This document shows, piece by piece, positions 52,617-64,000 of a stretch of DNA of 64,000 bases. The notes below the pieces were generated by a model. That model searched no databases. It was not told the origin of the DNA and was given only the letters and a program-made list of their open reading frames with translations. Location of the stretch: NCBI RefSeq assembly GCF_009834535.1, contig NC_045698.1, forward strand, positions 5,830,001 to 5,894,000, given 5' to 3'. This DNA is from Camelus ferus. Lineage: Eukaryota. Each line of letters starts with the position of its first letter. The first letter of the stretch is position 1. The position numbers were made by a program, and so were the translations under genes.

Positions 52617-53365
52617 AATTTTTATTACTTTAATTTTTTGGAGCAGTTTTAGGTTTACAGCAAGATTGAGAGGAAGGTGCAGAAATTTCCCACATACCCA
52701 CTGTCCCCACACATGCATAGCCTCCCCAGTCATCAACATCTCTCACCAGAGTGGTTCATTTGTTACAGTTCATCAACCTACACTGACGTATCATAATCAC
52801 CCAGAGTTTATGGTATACCTTAAGAGTCACTCTTGGTGTCGCATTCTGTAGGTTTGGACAAATGTAAAATGACATACGTTCATCATTCTGGTATCATACA
52901 GAGTATTTTCACTGCCCTAAAATGCCTTATGTTCCACCTATTCATCCCTCCCCGCTCCCAGTCCCTAATCTTTTTAATTTCTCCATAGCTTTCCCTTTTC
53001 CAGAATGTCATGTGCCTGAAAATCATACGGTAGTTAGCCTTTTTAGACTGGTGTTTTTTCATTTAGTAACGTGCATTTAAGATTCCTCCACATCTTTTCA
53101 TGGCTAACAGCCCATTTCTTTTTGGTACTGAATCATATTCATTGCCTGGATATACCACACAGTTGATTTATCCATTCACCTACTGAAGGATATATCAGTT
53201 GCTTCCAGGTTTTGCAATTATGAATAAAGCTAACATATAAACATCAGTGTTCAGGCTTTTGAATGAACATAAGTTTTCAACTCAGGGTAAACACCAAGGG
53301 ACACAACTGCTGTATCATATGGTAAGAGTATGTTTAAGTTTTGTAAGAAACCACCAAACTATTTT
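52617..53365 (-). mobile_element. L1MC1-like 3' portion
   Basis: gagcagttttaggtttacagcaagattgag...cattctgtaggtttggacaaatgt, homologous in reverse complement to the copy at 48755-49892. Confidence 0.9.
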
Positions 53366-54386
53366 CAGAGCTTGGTTTTTTAAAAAATGTCATATCCAGT
53401 CAAATCATCTGTATTTTTATGCTTATCACCCTCCAATACATTATAAAATCTAAAATGTTCTCCTAAAGTATAATACCTACTATTTTAAATGAAGCAGTAA
53501 GGAAAAGTGCTCAGAAATAAACACAAATATCACAAATAAAGTAATAGTTTCAGAAAACAAGGAAGAAACACTGCCTAAAAGACAAAGGCACTGTCACCAG
53601 ACTCATGCTGAAACCATTAAAGGGCTTCACTGCGTGTTTACCTGTGATAAGAGAGCTCTCCTGGGCATAAGTCATCAGACTGTGGGTCTAAACAATTTAC
53701 AATATTGATTTTTGCTGGTGAATAATGAAGTCACGGAAGATCAGGAGCAAGTCTGATGGTGCCTAGGAAATGCGGAGGTAGAATTGGATTACCGTAATAA
53801 CAGAGACAGCCATTTCAGCTCAGTGATCTCAGCCATTAGGAAAATGATCAAAGGGAAAAGCAAAGGTCGTCAATAAAGATGGCTTACAGGGGTACCGTCT
53901 TCACATCATCACGTGAAGTAGCAGTAAATTCAATTTTGAAAGTGACTGCTGGGGAAGAAATATTTGCACAAGTCTTATCAAAAAATGGAGTGCAAACTGA
54001 AAATGACATGAAGAAATTCCCCCAAAGGATTCCAGCCACAAGCAATGACATGTGAAACACCGAACCTTGCTCCGCAACCTCCGCCCCGCAGGGAAATATG
54101 TGCATGTCCTACATCGAATGAGTTACTAAGCACCCTATGGGAAGAGTAACTGGGAAAAAAATGTGCTTTTCAGCAGGAAATAAAAAAGAGTATTTGGGTT
54201 TAAATGAAATGATGTTCTTAGGGCAGGGTGTAGGAGTAAATAAAGCTGACAGGAAAATTCCTAATGCATTTCATGGGAGCAAAGTGACTTGCACGTGGGA
54301 CCTGAGGAAGCAGCAACAATGACTGAAGTCCCCACAAAACTTTCAGGCACTAATGACTGGGGTGGGAGCTGCCAGGTTCTCTAGAC

Positions 54387-54694
54387 CAGCGCTGCCCAAT
54401 GGAAACATTAAAATACACATAAGTAGTTTTGAATTTTCCAGTAGCCATTAAGAAAAGTAAAAAATAAATAGGTGAAATTAATTTTAATTCTAAATTTTAT
54501 TTAACCCAATGTATAACAAAACAGCATTTGAACATATGATTATGAAAAAATAAGTAATGAGATAGTTCTTTCTTTCTTACTATCTATGAAATCTGATGTA
54601 CTTTGTACTTTAACAGAGCATCTCAGTTCAAATTAGCCACATTTCTAGTGCTCGATAGCCTTGTGACCAGTGCCTATGGTTTTAGTCAATGAAG
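54387..54694. mobile_element. MER33-like hAT-Charlie element
   Basis: cagcgctgcccaat...aggtgaaattaattttaat...tagccacatttctagtgctcgatagcc, with a degraded 8-bp TSD (ctctagac / acctagcc). Confidence 0.8.
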
Positions 54695-55151
54695 ACCTAG
54701 CCTTGGGGATGTACAGAGGTGTCTCAATGCTGCCCTGGAAAACTGGGCACTCGCCTCCCAACCAAACAATTGAAGTATATACAAGCTACAAGACAAGTTT
54801 CATTTGACTGCATTTCACATATTGAAACTTGTCATAAGATTTCCCTTGAACAAAAGGTTCCAGCTCCATAAATGTTTGATCATCCCTGCACCAGAGCTCC
54901 TATTGCAGGTAAGATGATGTGGTCCTCAAAGGTTAACTAATGGATTGCATTTACCCGGTCAGTGAGTGCAGCTGGCCATCTGGCATCACCTAATGTCAAT
55001 TTGCTCAAAGGCAAGTGACAGATGTCCTGTGAGAGTGAATGCAATTATTGTCGGGTCATTGTAGAAACTTTGGGATTGCCGCAAAGCAATCATAACCATT
55101 AGAGAAGGTTCTTTGTTTCTGTCTTTGTTTGCTTTGTAGAGTTTGATTCTT

Positions 55152-55514
55152 TTTTTTTTTTTAACATTTTTTATTGAGTTATAGTCATTTTATAATGTTG
55201 TGTCAAATACCAGTGTAGAGTACAATTTTTCAGTTATATATGAACATATATATATTCATTGTCATATTTTTTTTCGCTGGGAGCTACCATAAGATCTTGT
55301 ATATATTTCCCTGTGCTATACAGTATAATCTTGTTTATCTGCTCTACATTTTGAAATCCCAGCCTGTCCCTTCCCACCCTCCGCCCCCTTGGCAACCACA
55401 AGTTTGTATTCTATGTCTATGAGTCTGTTTCTGTTTTGTATTTATGTTTTGTTTTGGTTTTTTTTAGATTCCATATATGAGCGATCTCATATGGTATTTT
55501 TCTTTCTCTTTCTG
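55152..55514 (-). mobile_element. Young 5'-truncated L1 3' end (camelid L1-like) with poly(A) and 13-bp TSD
   Basis: Poly(T) run up to 55162, ttttttattgagttatagtcatttt L1 tail, and identical flanking gagtttgattctt at 55139-55151 and 55515-55527. Confidence 0.95.
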
Positions 55515-55639
55515 GAGTTTGATTCTTAACTATAGGTCAAGCTAGTCCCTACTTTTCTTTGAAGTGTAGCTTCTATTTCGCAGTTTTTGAAATTAAAAAA
55601 AAAAAAAAAGGCCAACCTTCCAAACCTATTTGCTTTCAT

Positions 55640-56365
55640 TTATTTTAGAAATTTCTTATTTCAAAACCCTATACATTTACAAAAAGCTGCAAAGAGAGTG
55701 TAAGAGTACCCTTCACCTAGTTTCCCTCCAATGGTTACTTGTTACATAATTTTAGTACAATATAAAATCCAAGATCCCATTGATACAATGTGTGTACGTA
55801 GTTCTATATAATTACTGTCATTTGTGTAGTTTTATGTAACTGTTACCAAGACACAGAATCATTCTATCACCACAAATATTTCCTTTGTGTCACCTTCCTC
55901 TCTTCCACCATCCCTAATTGATGGTAACCACTAATCTATTTTCCAACTTGATAAGTTTGTCATTTTGAGAATGCTTTATAAATGGACTCATACAGCATGG
56001 AACCTTTTGTGCTTGGCCTTTCCACTCAGCATGATGCCCTGGTCATCCATGCAAGCTGTTCCCGTATTAATGGTTCATTACTGTATGTTGCTGATTGGTA
56101 TTCCCTGGGATGGAGGTGCCGAGGTTTGCTCAGTCATTCACCTATGGTGGGGCATTTACTGTTGTTTTCAGCTTTTGGCTATTACAAATTAAACTGCTAT
56201 GAACAGTCATGTACATGTTTTATGTGGACATGTCTTCATTTCTCTGGGATACAGGCCCAAGAGTGAAACAGCTGGGCTGTGTTTAGTTTAGTTAGAAACG
56301 GCCAAATTATTATCTAGAGTGACTATCCAATTTTATATTCCCACCACCAGTGCATGAGAGATCAA
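55640..56365 (-). mobile_element. Old L1M 3' portion
   Basis: gtacccttcacctagtttccctccaatgg; ccactcagcatgatgccctgg; ttttatattcccaccaccagtgcatgagag. Confidence 0.85.
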
Positions 56366-56779
56366 AAATTTTTGACTTTTTTTCTCTTTTTATTTCTCCT
56401 TTTACTTTTGTTGTAGTTTAAGGGAACATTTTAGCTTTCTGTGTACTGAATACTGTGCAGAAATTGTACCTACTTTTGAATAAACAGCCCCTCTAACAAT
56501 GGCTATTTTTAGCAAGGCAGAGATTCATTGTGGAGACTGAGACTGCTAACTCAGAAAGCTAAATTACTTTATTTCAGATTGTGTAGGGCCTGGATAGGGA
56601 TTACGTGTGTCTCCGTTTGATTCCGCTCTGCTGTATCCGAGAGACACTTTAAGCATTTGTCTCATGGACCCAGAGTTACTACAGAGTAAAAGGAAACCTT
56701 TTGTATTTGCATCTGTTATCTTTCCAAGCATTATCAGTCAGATAATGATGAAATATACTCTTCTACTCACTAGGTAGCA

Positions 56780-56795
56780 TGTTGCCATAGCAACA
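56780..56795. promoter_or_regulatory. RFX X-box (tGTTGCCATAGCAACa)
   Basis: Near-perfect palindrome fitting GTNRCC-N0-3-RGYAAC, in unique sequence. Confidence 0.55.
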
Positions 56796-58199
56796 GATCA
56801 TTCTACAAAGTTCATCAATTCAGCTGGTCATTACTCCAAAGTAATAGACAGCTAATATGTTTTGAAAGTTTTTCTCTTAAGTTATAACTGAACAAATGAA
56901 TTCAACTTGTCTTGGCAGGGGGAGCTCAACAACACATTTATATAGTAAAGGGGAATTAAAAGAAGAAACTGGACCTTCTTGGCTAGTGTATGCACAAAAA
57001 GGAGATTTTAGTTAACTCTGTTCATCACATTCAACTAATGGCTTATTTTTTTCTCAAAAAGGATAAGTTAGCCAGCTTAAACATCCTAGTCATAAATTAT
57101 ATGCAACATTCTTTTATCCCAAAGTATTAATTTAAACCATATTCCTGTATCCTCACCCTCGGCATATACGTACCAGGGAGTCAGGTGCTGGGGGGCGCAG
57201 CCGTCTTTATTTCCTGGGATCTCACTGGCATCTTCAGCAGTGCCTGACACACAGCACATGCTCAAGCAGAGCACAAGAGCACATGCGTGGTTCTGTGTGT
57301 GGACTCTGTGTGTTAGACTCCTGTCTCCAGGTCATGCTCATCTCTGGGTCTCCCTCACCCGGGGGCTCAGCTCACAGGCTGGGGCCTTGCAGTGAGCTTA
57401 GCTACACAGGAGGCTTGGACAGTGCCTGGCAGGCAGGGATCATTATGTAAGAATTCGATATTATTATTTCATCACTAATTTTAGTTTATACATTATAAGC
57501 CCTACTCAAGTTCTGTCTAAAATAAGCAAGCCCCCTGCCTCTGTCAGTACTGGCCACAAATAAAGCAGAGGGGGAGATGACGGCTCTATTACAACCACCA
57601 CTACTGCCTCATTGAAAAACAAAATGAAACAAAACACTCCTTTAAGTACTCTAAATCATAAGCTGATAGCTTAAAAGAAATTTGCCACTACATTTCCTGT
57701 GAATGGAAACCAAATTGTATTTAAAACAAGAGTGCAATCAACGGAGTCCTCTGGGTATCCTTTCTAAGCCTCATCTAGGCCTGTGGCTTAGATGTAACTC
57801 CAACCAGACTGAAAATCATTCTGCTAAGGAGGCAATTCAAGGTTCTGAAGGGAAATTACTTGCCTTAGATTTATTGTACCTAAATTACAAAGCAGCCGCC
57901 CCATTGGCAAAGTTGGCAGCCCTTCTCTGACAGTTACCAGGCAGGAACACAGAGTCTAAATTACCTTCTCACCCCAGTGGTGAAATTTATACTGTGTCTG
58001 GTCCCATTAGTGTGAGCTGGAGTGGTTGAGAAAAATCTATGTGAAGCACTTTTACACTACATTAATTTAAAAGGAAAAAAGGGAGCTGTCTACTCAATGG
58101 AATAAGAAAATTAATTTGTCATTTTTCTGAAATGCTATATTATACTAATTATGAACTAGTGGCTGAGATTCCAAGCTATTTGGTAGCTTGACTTTTCAC

Positions 58200-58890
58200 G
58201 TTTTTTTTCAGGTATGATCTCATTCACTCCTATGGTTTCAAAGCCAATCTGAGGTCTCTGTTACTGAGTGAAACCTTTCCCTCTGGCTTCAGAGAAGGAT
58301 TTCCAACCAACTTTCAGACCTACCACCTGTCACTGGAACTCATCATATCCAAAACTGAGCCCAGTACCTCTCCTCAGCCCAAATCTGTCCACGCAGCAGA
58401 ACTCCTGAATTCATTTGTTAGAATAAAATTCTCATCCTGACCCATCTTACCTTTCAGCTTCATATACCTCTCCACTCACAACTCTAGCTAACTTAAATTT
58501 CTCATCCTTTCCAGAGCATCCCATGCATTTCTAGAGTTACATTTTGCACAGTTTGCACCTTCTCCGAGGAAGATCCTTCCAAACCTTCTCCACCAGGAAA
58601 CCATCCCCATATCTTCTAAGAGCCAGCCCCCATGCCTCTCCACTGTGGGTGTTCCTGACTCTCCCAGGGCAGTTCAGTGTTCCCAGATCTCTGGGCTCAC
58701 TGGAGGTTATTCTTTCTTCAGCTAAAATAGTGCATTGTGTCAGACTGTAGGGAAAGTGTTTGTCTTTGGTTATATGGTGTGGGCTTCCCTGGAGGTCAAG
58801 CACTGAGTCTTATTCTCATTCATGATTCCTTTATTTTTTCAGCACATGGCAGACTATCAGTGAAGGTTTACTGAATTAATACATGAAGAT
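58200..58890 (+). mobile_element. L2 fragments
   Basis: gatctcattcactcctatggtttcaa; aactcatcatatccaaaactgagc; tail cagcacatggcagactatcagtgaaggtttactgaat. Confidence 0.6.
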
Positions 58891-59189
58891 TTCAAAATTC
58901 TAAAAGTATGCCTCAGAAGTCAATTGTTAAGCTCAGGCCAGAATATTTATCTTTCAATCTTCCTGGTTATTACTAAGGAATAGCACAAGAATAATCACAT
59001 TAAAATTCCATCACTTATTTTTGACAACTTGAGGTGTCCAGGGTACACAAGTTGCCCATAAATTTCTGTATACCCTTCTTAGTGCCCATTCAACTGAAAG
59101 TTACCAGAGAGGTGAAAATCTGAAGTGAGGTGGATATGGGAGAAGAAATTTGAAAACAATAGACATGATGGGAGATCTATACTAAGCAG

Positions 59190-59377
59190 ACTAGTTCTCA
59201 AAGTTTAATGACTGTAATGGTTACTCAGGGAAATTGCTAAAATAGAAATTTCAAGTCCAACCTCTGAGACTGGGATTCAGGAGCTTTGCTCTGGGTCTTG
59301 GGGAACAACATCATGAACACAAATTCTAGGTGAATCTAACACAAATGGTCTAGGATAGTTCTTTGACCAACAATTAG
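59190..59377. mobile_element. MER5-like DNA transposon
   Basis: ctagttctcaaagtt...actcagggaaattgctaaaatagaaatt...ctaggtgaatctaa. Confidence 0.6.
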
Positions 59378-61334
59378 AGGTTATTGATTTTAGTACACAT
59401 TATCAAAGATGCTAATAATGTCGGTGATGAAGAAGCTTTGAGACATGTTGACCATCTGTCATTTTATTAAACCCTAGGAGCTACTTTATGAAAAGTGCTT
59501 ATCACAGTTCCTAGACTACAGGAAGCACTTATTGTGCTTAAGTCATTCCCATGATGCTGGTGAGAAGGAGGAGGATTTCATGGCCAAACGCTGGAGAAAA
59601 GATTGGATCACAGATCACCAGAGAAGATGTCAAAGGCTAGGCACTAAAACTGGGTGAGAGGTCAGAGCTCAGCCAGGGCAAGATGAGCTGGCACTGGGCC
59701 CAAGCCCTCATGTTCCTGGAACACTCGGTGCTCAAGGCAGGAAGGCCCCAGAATCTGAGGGTCCAAAGGTACAGGTTAAGGGACCCTAGCTTTGAAAGTC
59801 AGAGGGTCTTGAAGCCAAGCTGCAGGTGAATCATCACAGGTCAGCAGTTCAATAAATACCAGGACAACAGGCTTTTATCGAGTCAAGGCTTCCCACAAAT
59901 ATTTTTTAAAAGCCAATACTGTGTAATCAACACATTTTTAACTGAAAGGAGAAAACTGTAGTTTAACTCAAAGAGCAGTAGCTCACTGTGAAGATTGCTT
60001 TAAGGATCTAGTTTACCAAAGACAAGCCAAGGCCTCCGTGGTTGGCTTTCTTTTTTTTCACTTTAAGCCAGTGTTCCTTTGCTATGGTCGTCAGACTTTA
60101 AAATTAATTAAATGTTCATATCAGTGAGTCTCAAAATGAAGCTCTAAATCTCACTAATTAAGGTTAGGGAATACTCATAACACTCAGGATCATAGTTTCT
60201 TCTCCAAAGTTCTAGAAAGATATTTAAGCATTCAAATAATTAATTATTAGAGATTTTAACATTGACAAAATTACATGAAAAATATTGTACATAAAAGCCT
60301 TTAAACTTATTTGTGAGATAAGTTAAACCAACTTTTACTGGGCTCAAATCAGCATTAAAGTGCCTCTTATCGATTATAGGCAAGACTCAGTATCTTATCC
60401 TCAAAATGTAGAAATGTTTACACATATTTTCTGGTTCAAGAAAGAAACCTACTTTCTTACCTCAATTTCCTTTTCCTCTTTCTCAATTTTAGTTCTGAAT
60501 GTATTTAATTAGTTTTATTATATTCTTCTGGGGCTCAGGATTTGGATTCAAAGCAAGTAATTAGGACTATTATCTGAACATTGTTTTAATTTTAAAATTG
60601 TCCCCAAATGTTAAGCATATTTTAGGTTTAGCAGGCTTCAGAGATCAAAAGTGTGCACTGAACGCACTTAAATATCAAGTTTTTTTCCCCTACCATGGGT
60701 TAGCTGAAATAATGCCAGTGATGATGACAATGATGGATGAGAGATGGATGAACAACCCCTTTCTACCCATCCCGACTATCCAGCAATTACTTAGCACTTA
60801 CGAGGGTTGGCCAACATGGAAAAATGAAAAATACTTTTTCTTCATATTGATTTTTATTTGGTCTCCAAGGATAAGTTCCTTCATAATTATAATGTCAGGT
60901 ATTCTTATTTTCAGGTAGTTGGTTAAGTAAAGACTGCATTGATTTCCCATAAATGTCTCATTAGCAAAGTTCATGCCCTCAGCTTCTCTGAGGAGGTACT
61001 TACTTAATCTAAAGGGTAAATCTGAGAGAATCATATATGAACAGTGCTTCTCATCGCACAGCTGCTCTCAGAGACATTAGCTGTACCCATCCTAAGCATT
61101 CTACTAATCTGCTAATAATGTTTGTGACAATTAAGGATTATCCAATAAGATCCTCAGCAATGCCTTTTAGTAAGGATAAATTCATTTAAAAATAATAAGA
61201 TAGAAATTGTGTAAAATATATTTTGGCTAATAATTACATGGTTCCAAAAAGAATAAAAGTATTATAAACCAACTTTAAAAATGGTCGGTTTATTATATTA
61301 CTGTGGATTATTCTGCTCCAATTTTTTTTTAACT

Positions 61335-61420
61335 GAGAAGAAAGAAAGATAGGAAGGAAGGAAGAAAAAGAGAAAGAAAAAAAGGAGAAAGGGAGGAAGA
61401 AAAAAGGGGGGAAGGGAAAA
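61335..61420. repeat. Purine-rich (A/G) low-complexity tract
   Basis: About 85 nt, almost entirely A/G. Confidence 0.85.
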
Positions 61421-61774
61421 TATATGAATTCTTATGATGATATATATCCAAGATAAAAATACTGTTTTCCACATGCCCAGGAAAGGTTTAGTTTTAGATT
61501 TGGCCACTGTTAATCACTGCACCACTATAAAGCTGTTTTTCCAAATCACACTTTACTGTAGGCATCCTAGTGGAAAGGAAACTGCAAATGTATTAACTAA
61601 TCCTTGATGATTTGAAGAAGACTCACTTATTCTAGCAAATTTCAAGTGGGAACAATAACATTAATGGTTACACATCACTCTTCCATTCCTGGGTCTATCA
61701 AATCTCTTTCTTTTGTTATTTAAGGGAATCCTCAACTCCCATCTCCTCCATGTAGGTTTATTTAGAAAGAAATG

Positions 61775-62980
61775 ATAGCTGATACCAAAACCAAAGACAT
61801 CTGAAGAAAACTACAGACAAATAACTCTTATGAATATAGACACAAAAATTCTCAGCAAAATGCCAGCAAACCAAATGCAGTGACATCTAAAAAGGACTAT
61901 ACACCATGACCAAGTGTGATTTATCTGAGGAATGCAAGGTAGATATAACATCTAAAAATTAATTAATGTAATATGCCATATTAATAGAGACAAAGAAACA
62001 AGCATGTCAATTTATACAGAAAAAATTATTTGACAAAATTCAACAGCCCTTCATGATGAAAACACTTGGCAAATTAGAAATAGAGAGAAACTTCCTTAAT
62101 CTGATAAAGAGTATATATTAAAAAAAAGATTAAAATTAAATAATGTCACGCTTAATGGTGAAAGACTGATACTTTCCTCATAATATCAGGAACAAGACAA
62201 GCATGTCTACTCTCATTATTTCTAGTCAACATTGTATTGGAGGTCTAGCAGGGCAGTTAGGCAAGAATATTAAATAAAAGTTATACAAATGGGAAAGAAA
62301 GAAGAAATATTATCTTTATTTACAGGTAGCAGGATCTTATATATGAAAAATCCCAAGGAATTTGCTAAAAAAAAAACTATTAGAACTAATAAAAGAGTTC
62401 AGCATGGTTGTGATATATAAGCTCACAACTGTATTTCTATACACTTGCAAGGAACCATCTAAATACGAAATTAAGAAAAATTTTCATTTATAATAGCATC
62501 AAAAAATAAAATTCTTAGAAACAAATTTAATAAAAGGAATGTAAATGTTATACTCTAAAAATTAGAAAGTACTGTTGAAACAAAGAAGACCTAAATAAAT
62601 GGAAAGATATCCCATGTTCATGGATCAGAAGTCTTAATAATGTTAAGATGGCAATACTTCCCAAATTGATCTAGGGATTCAATGCAATTCTTACCAAAAT
62701 CTCAGCTGGCATTTTTACAGAAACTGACAAGCATATCCTAAAATTCATATGGAAATACAAAGAAGGCTTGAAAAGGAACAAAGTTGAAGGACTCATATTT
62801 TCCACTTTAAAAACTTACTATAAAGCTATAGTAATCAAGACAATGTTGTATTAGAATAAGAATAGACATATAGATCAATGGATATAATTGAAAGTCTAGA
62901 AGTAACCCCCCACATTTATGGTCAATTGATTTTTGATAGAAGTGCCAAGACAATTCAAGAGGGAAAGAATAATCTTGTGG
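61775..62980 (+). mobile_element. L1M ORF2 (RT region) fragment, disrupted
   Basis: gaaaactacagacaaataactcttatgaatatagac; tttgacaaaattcaaca; aaatggaaagatatcccatgttcatggatcagaag. Confidence 0.92.
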
Positions 62981-63194
62981 ACCCCATGGTGTTGGCTACA
63001 GAAACAATTTGGGAGAGGCTGAATGATTTCCAGAGAAGAAAACATTGATGAGAAACTGACATGGTAAACTAGCAAAACGTTGAGACTCAGATTTCCACAT
63101 TTCATTTCTAGACCTGCTTTAATCTTATTTCCCTTTTCAGAAAATGTTTGTCAGAGTCCCCAAAACTCAGAGCCAATAGATTAGTCATTAAAAG

Positions 63195-63595
63195 TATGGG
63201 GGAAGAAGAATAATTTTTCTTCTCCCTTACTACGTTCTTGCCTGAGACACCTACTATAATAAAAGATAGATTAACAGGAGAAAAACAAACAGAAGTTTCA
63301 CAACATGTACAGCTCCTGAATACATGGGAGATACTGAGGAAAACTGAATAATTTCCTGAAATGGCCCAAGTCACCACCTTAAGTAACATTTCTAACTGAA
63401 GATTAAAAAAAAGATACTTGGTGGGGATGAGAGGGTTGGGTAACTTCTACTCAGAAGTGAAAATATCATTTACAAAAGGGTAACATACTCATTTTTCAGA
63501 GCTTCTATGTCTATTGTTTCTTAAAAATAATCAGCCTAAAATAATCATTATGCCAGAAAGGCATATTTTGAGGTGGTAAATTCTGCTCCCTTTCA
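63195..63595 (-). mobile_element. MER34-like ERV1 LTR
   Basis: Minus strand begins tgaaagggagcagaatttaccacctcaaaatatgcctttctggcataatgattatttt. Flanks aaag/aaaa may be a degraded 4-bp TSD. Confidence 0.8.
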
Positions 63596-63599
63596 AAAA

Positions 63600-63678
63600 T
63601 ACCTCAAATCACATTGTACATTTTAAATGTAAACAATTATATTTGTAAATTATTCATGATTAAAGTTGAGGGAAAAAA
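63600..63678 (+). mobile_element. L1M extreme 3' tail
   Basis: attgtacattttaaatgtaaacaattatatttgtaaattattcatgattaaagttg followed by an A-run. Confidence 0.55.
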
Positions 63679-64000
63679 GTACTCAAGCATCTGAAAAGAA
63701 ATCAAATGTGAAGAGAAATATTACCTAAAGAGAACACTTACAATGATTAGGCAAAATTATACATCCCATTTTTATGGGTTTTTATGCTGCTCTTGAGTAA
63801 TTTTTACATCCTCAGAAGCACCTTGATGGTGTCCTCTAAATCATCTAAACAATGTTGGAGATGACTTTTTTCCAAAACCAAACAGAAGATACTTGGAGAA
63901 AATGAAATTTAAGAGCAGTTTAATAAAAGAGAAGTTAATTTTCTTCCTTAGAAGTCACGAATACTTTGTAAGAACAGTAAGAGAAAATGGTTTCACATAA

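Noticed and set aside
60598..60918. 106-aa hydrophobic ORF
   Set aside because: TTG start, AT-rich low-complexity origin, no recognisable family
1..64000. Multiple AP-1 (TGASTCA) sites
   Set aside because: About ten noticed, close to the roughly eight expected by chance for this 7-mer in 64 kb
1..64000. L1 strand bias as evidence of a host gene
   Set aside because: L1 copies occur on both strands in similar numbers, so this is uninformative
1..64000. CRISPR arrays, tRNA/rRNA/snRNA genes, processed pseudogenes, prokaryotic systems
   Set aside because: No regularly spaced repeat-spacer array or recognisable RNA gene or retrocopy seen by eye; the sequence is mammalian. An Rfam/BLAST search was not possible.

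Overview
AT-rich placental-mammal genomic DNA. It is most likely cetartiodactyl and probably camelid, judged from a young L1 3' end that resembles camelid L1s (recognised from memory) and from the absence of recognisable Alu, B1, Bov-tA, PRE-1 or Can-SINE elements. I recognise no protein-coding gene, rRNA, tRNA or CRISPR array, so the window looks intergenic or deep-intronic. A large part is interspersed repeat: old L1M copies, two younger L1s, L2, MIR, a CR1/L3 RT fossil, MLT1/MLT2 and ERV1-class LTRs, and hAT-Charlie MER5A/MER20/MER33. Repeat family names come from recalled consensus sequences, not a search, and most boundaries are approximate. The ORF track is explained by chance or by L1 remnants. 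The best leads are a TSD-flanked recent L1, candidate spliced exons on both strands, promoter/enhancer-like patches (X-box, CRE, AP-1 next to a GGAA array), a perfect 24-bp palindrome in an L2, inverted L1 pairs with a 36-bp perfect tract, and GC/CpG-shifted tracts inside old L1s. I found no convincing novel biological system.
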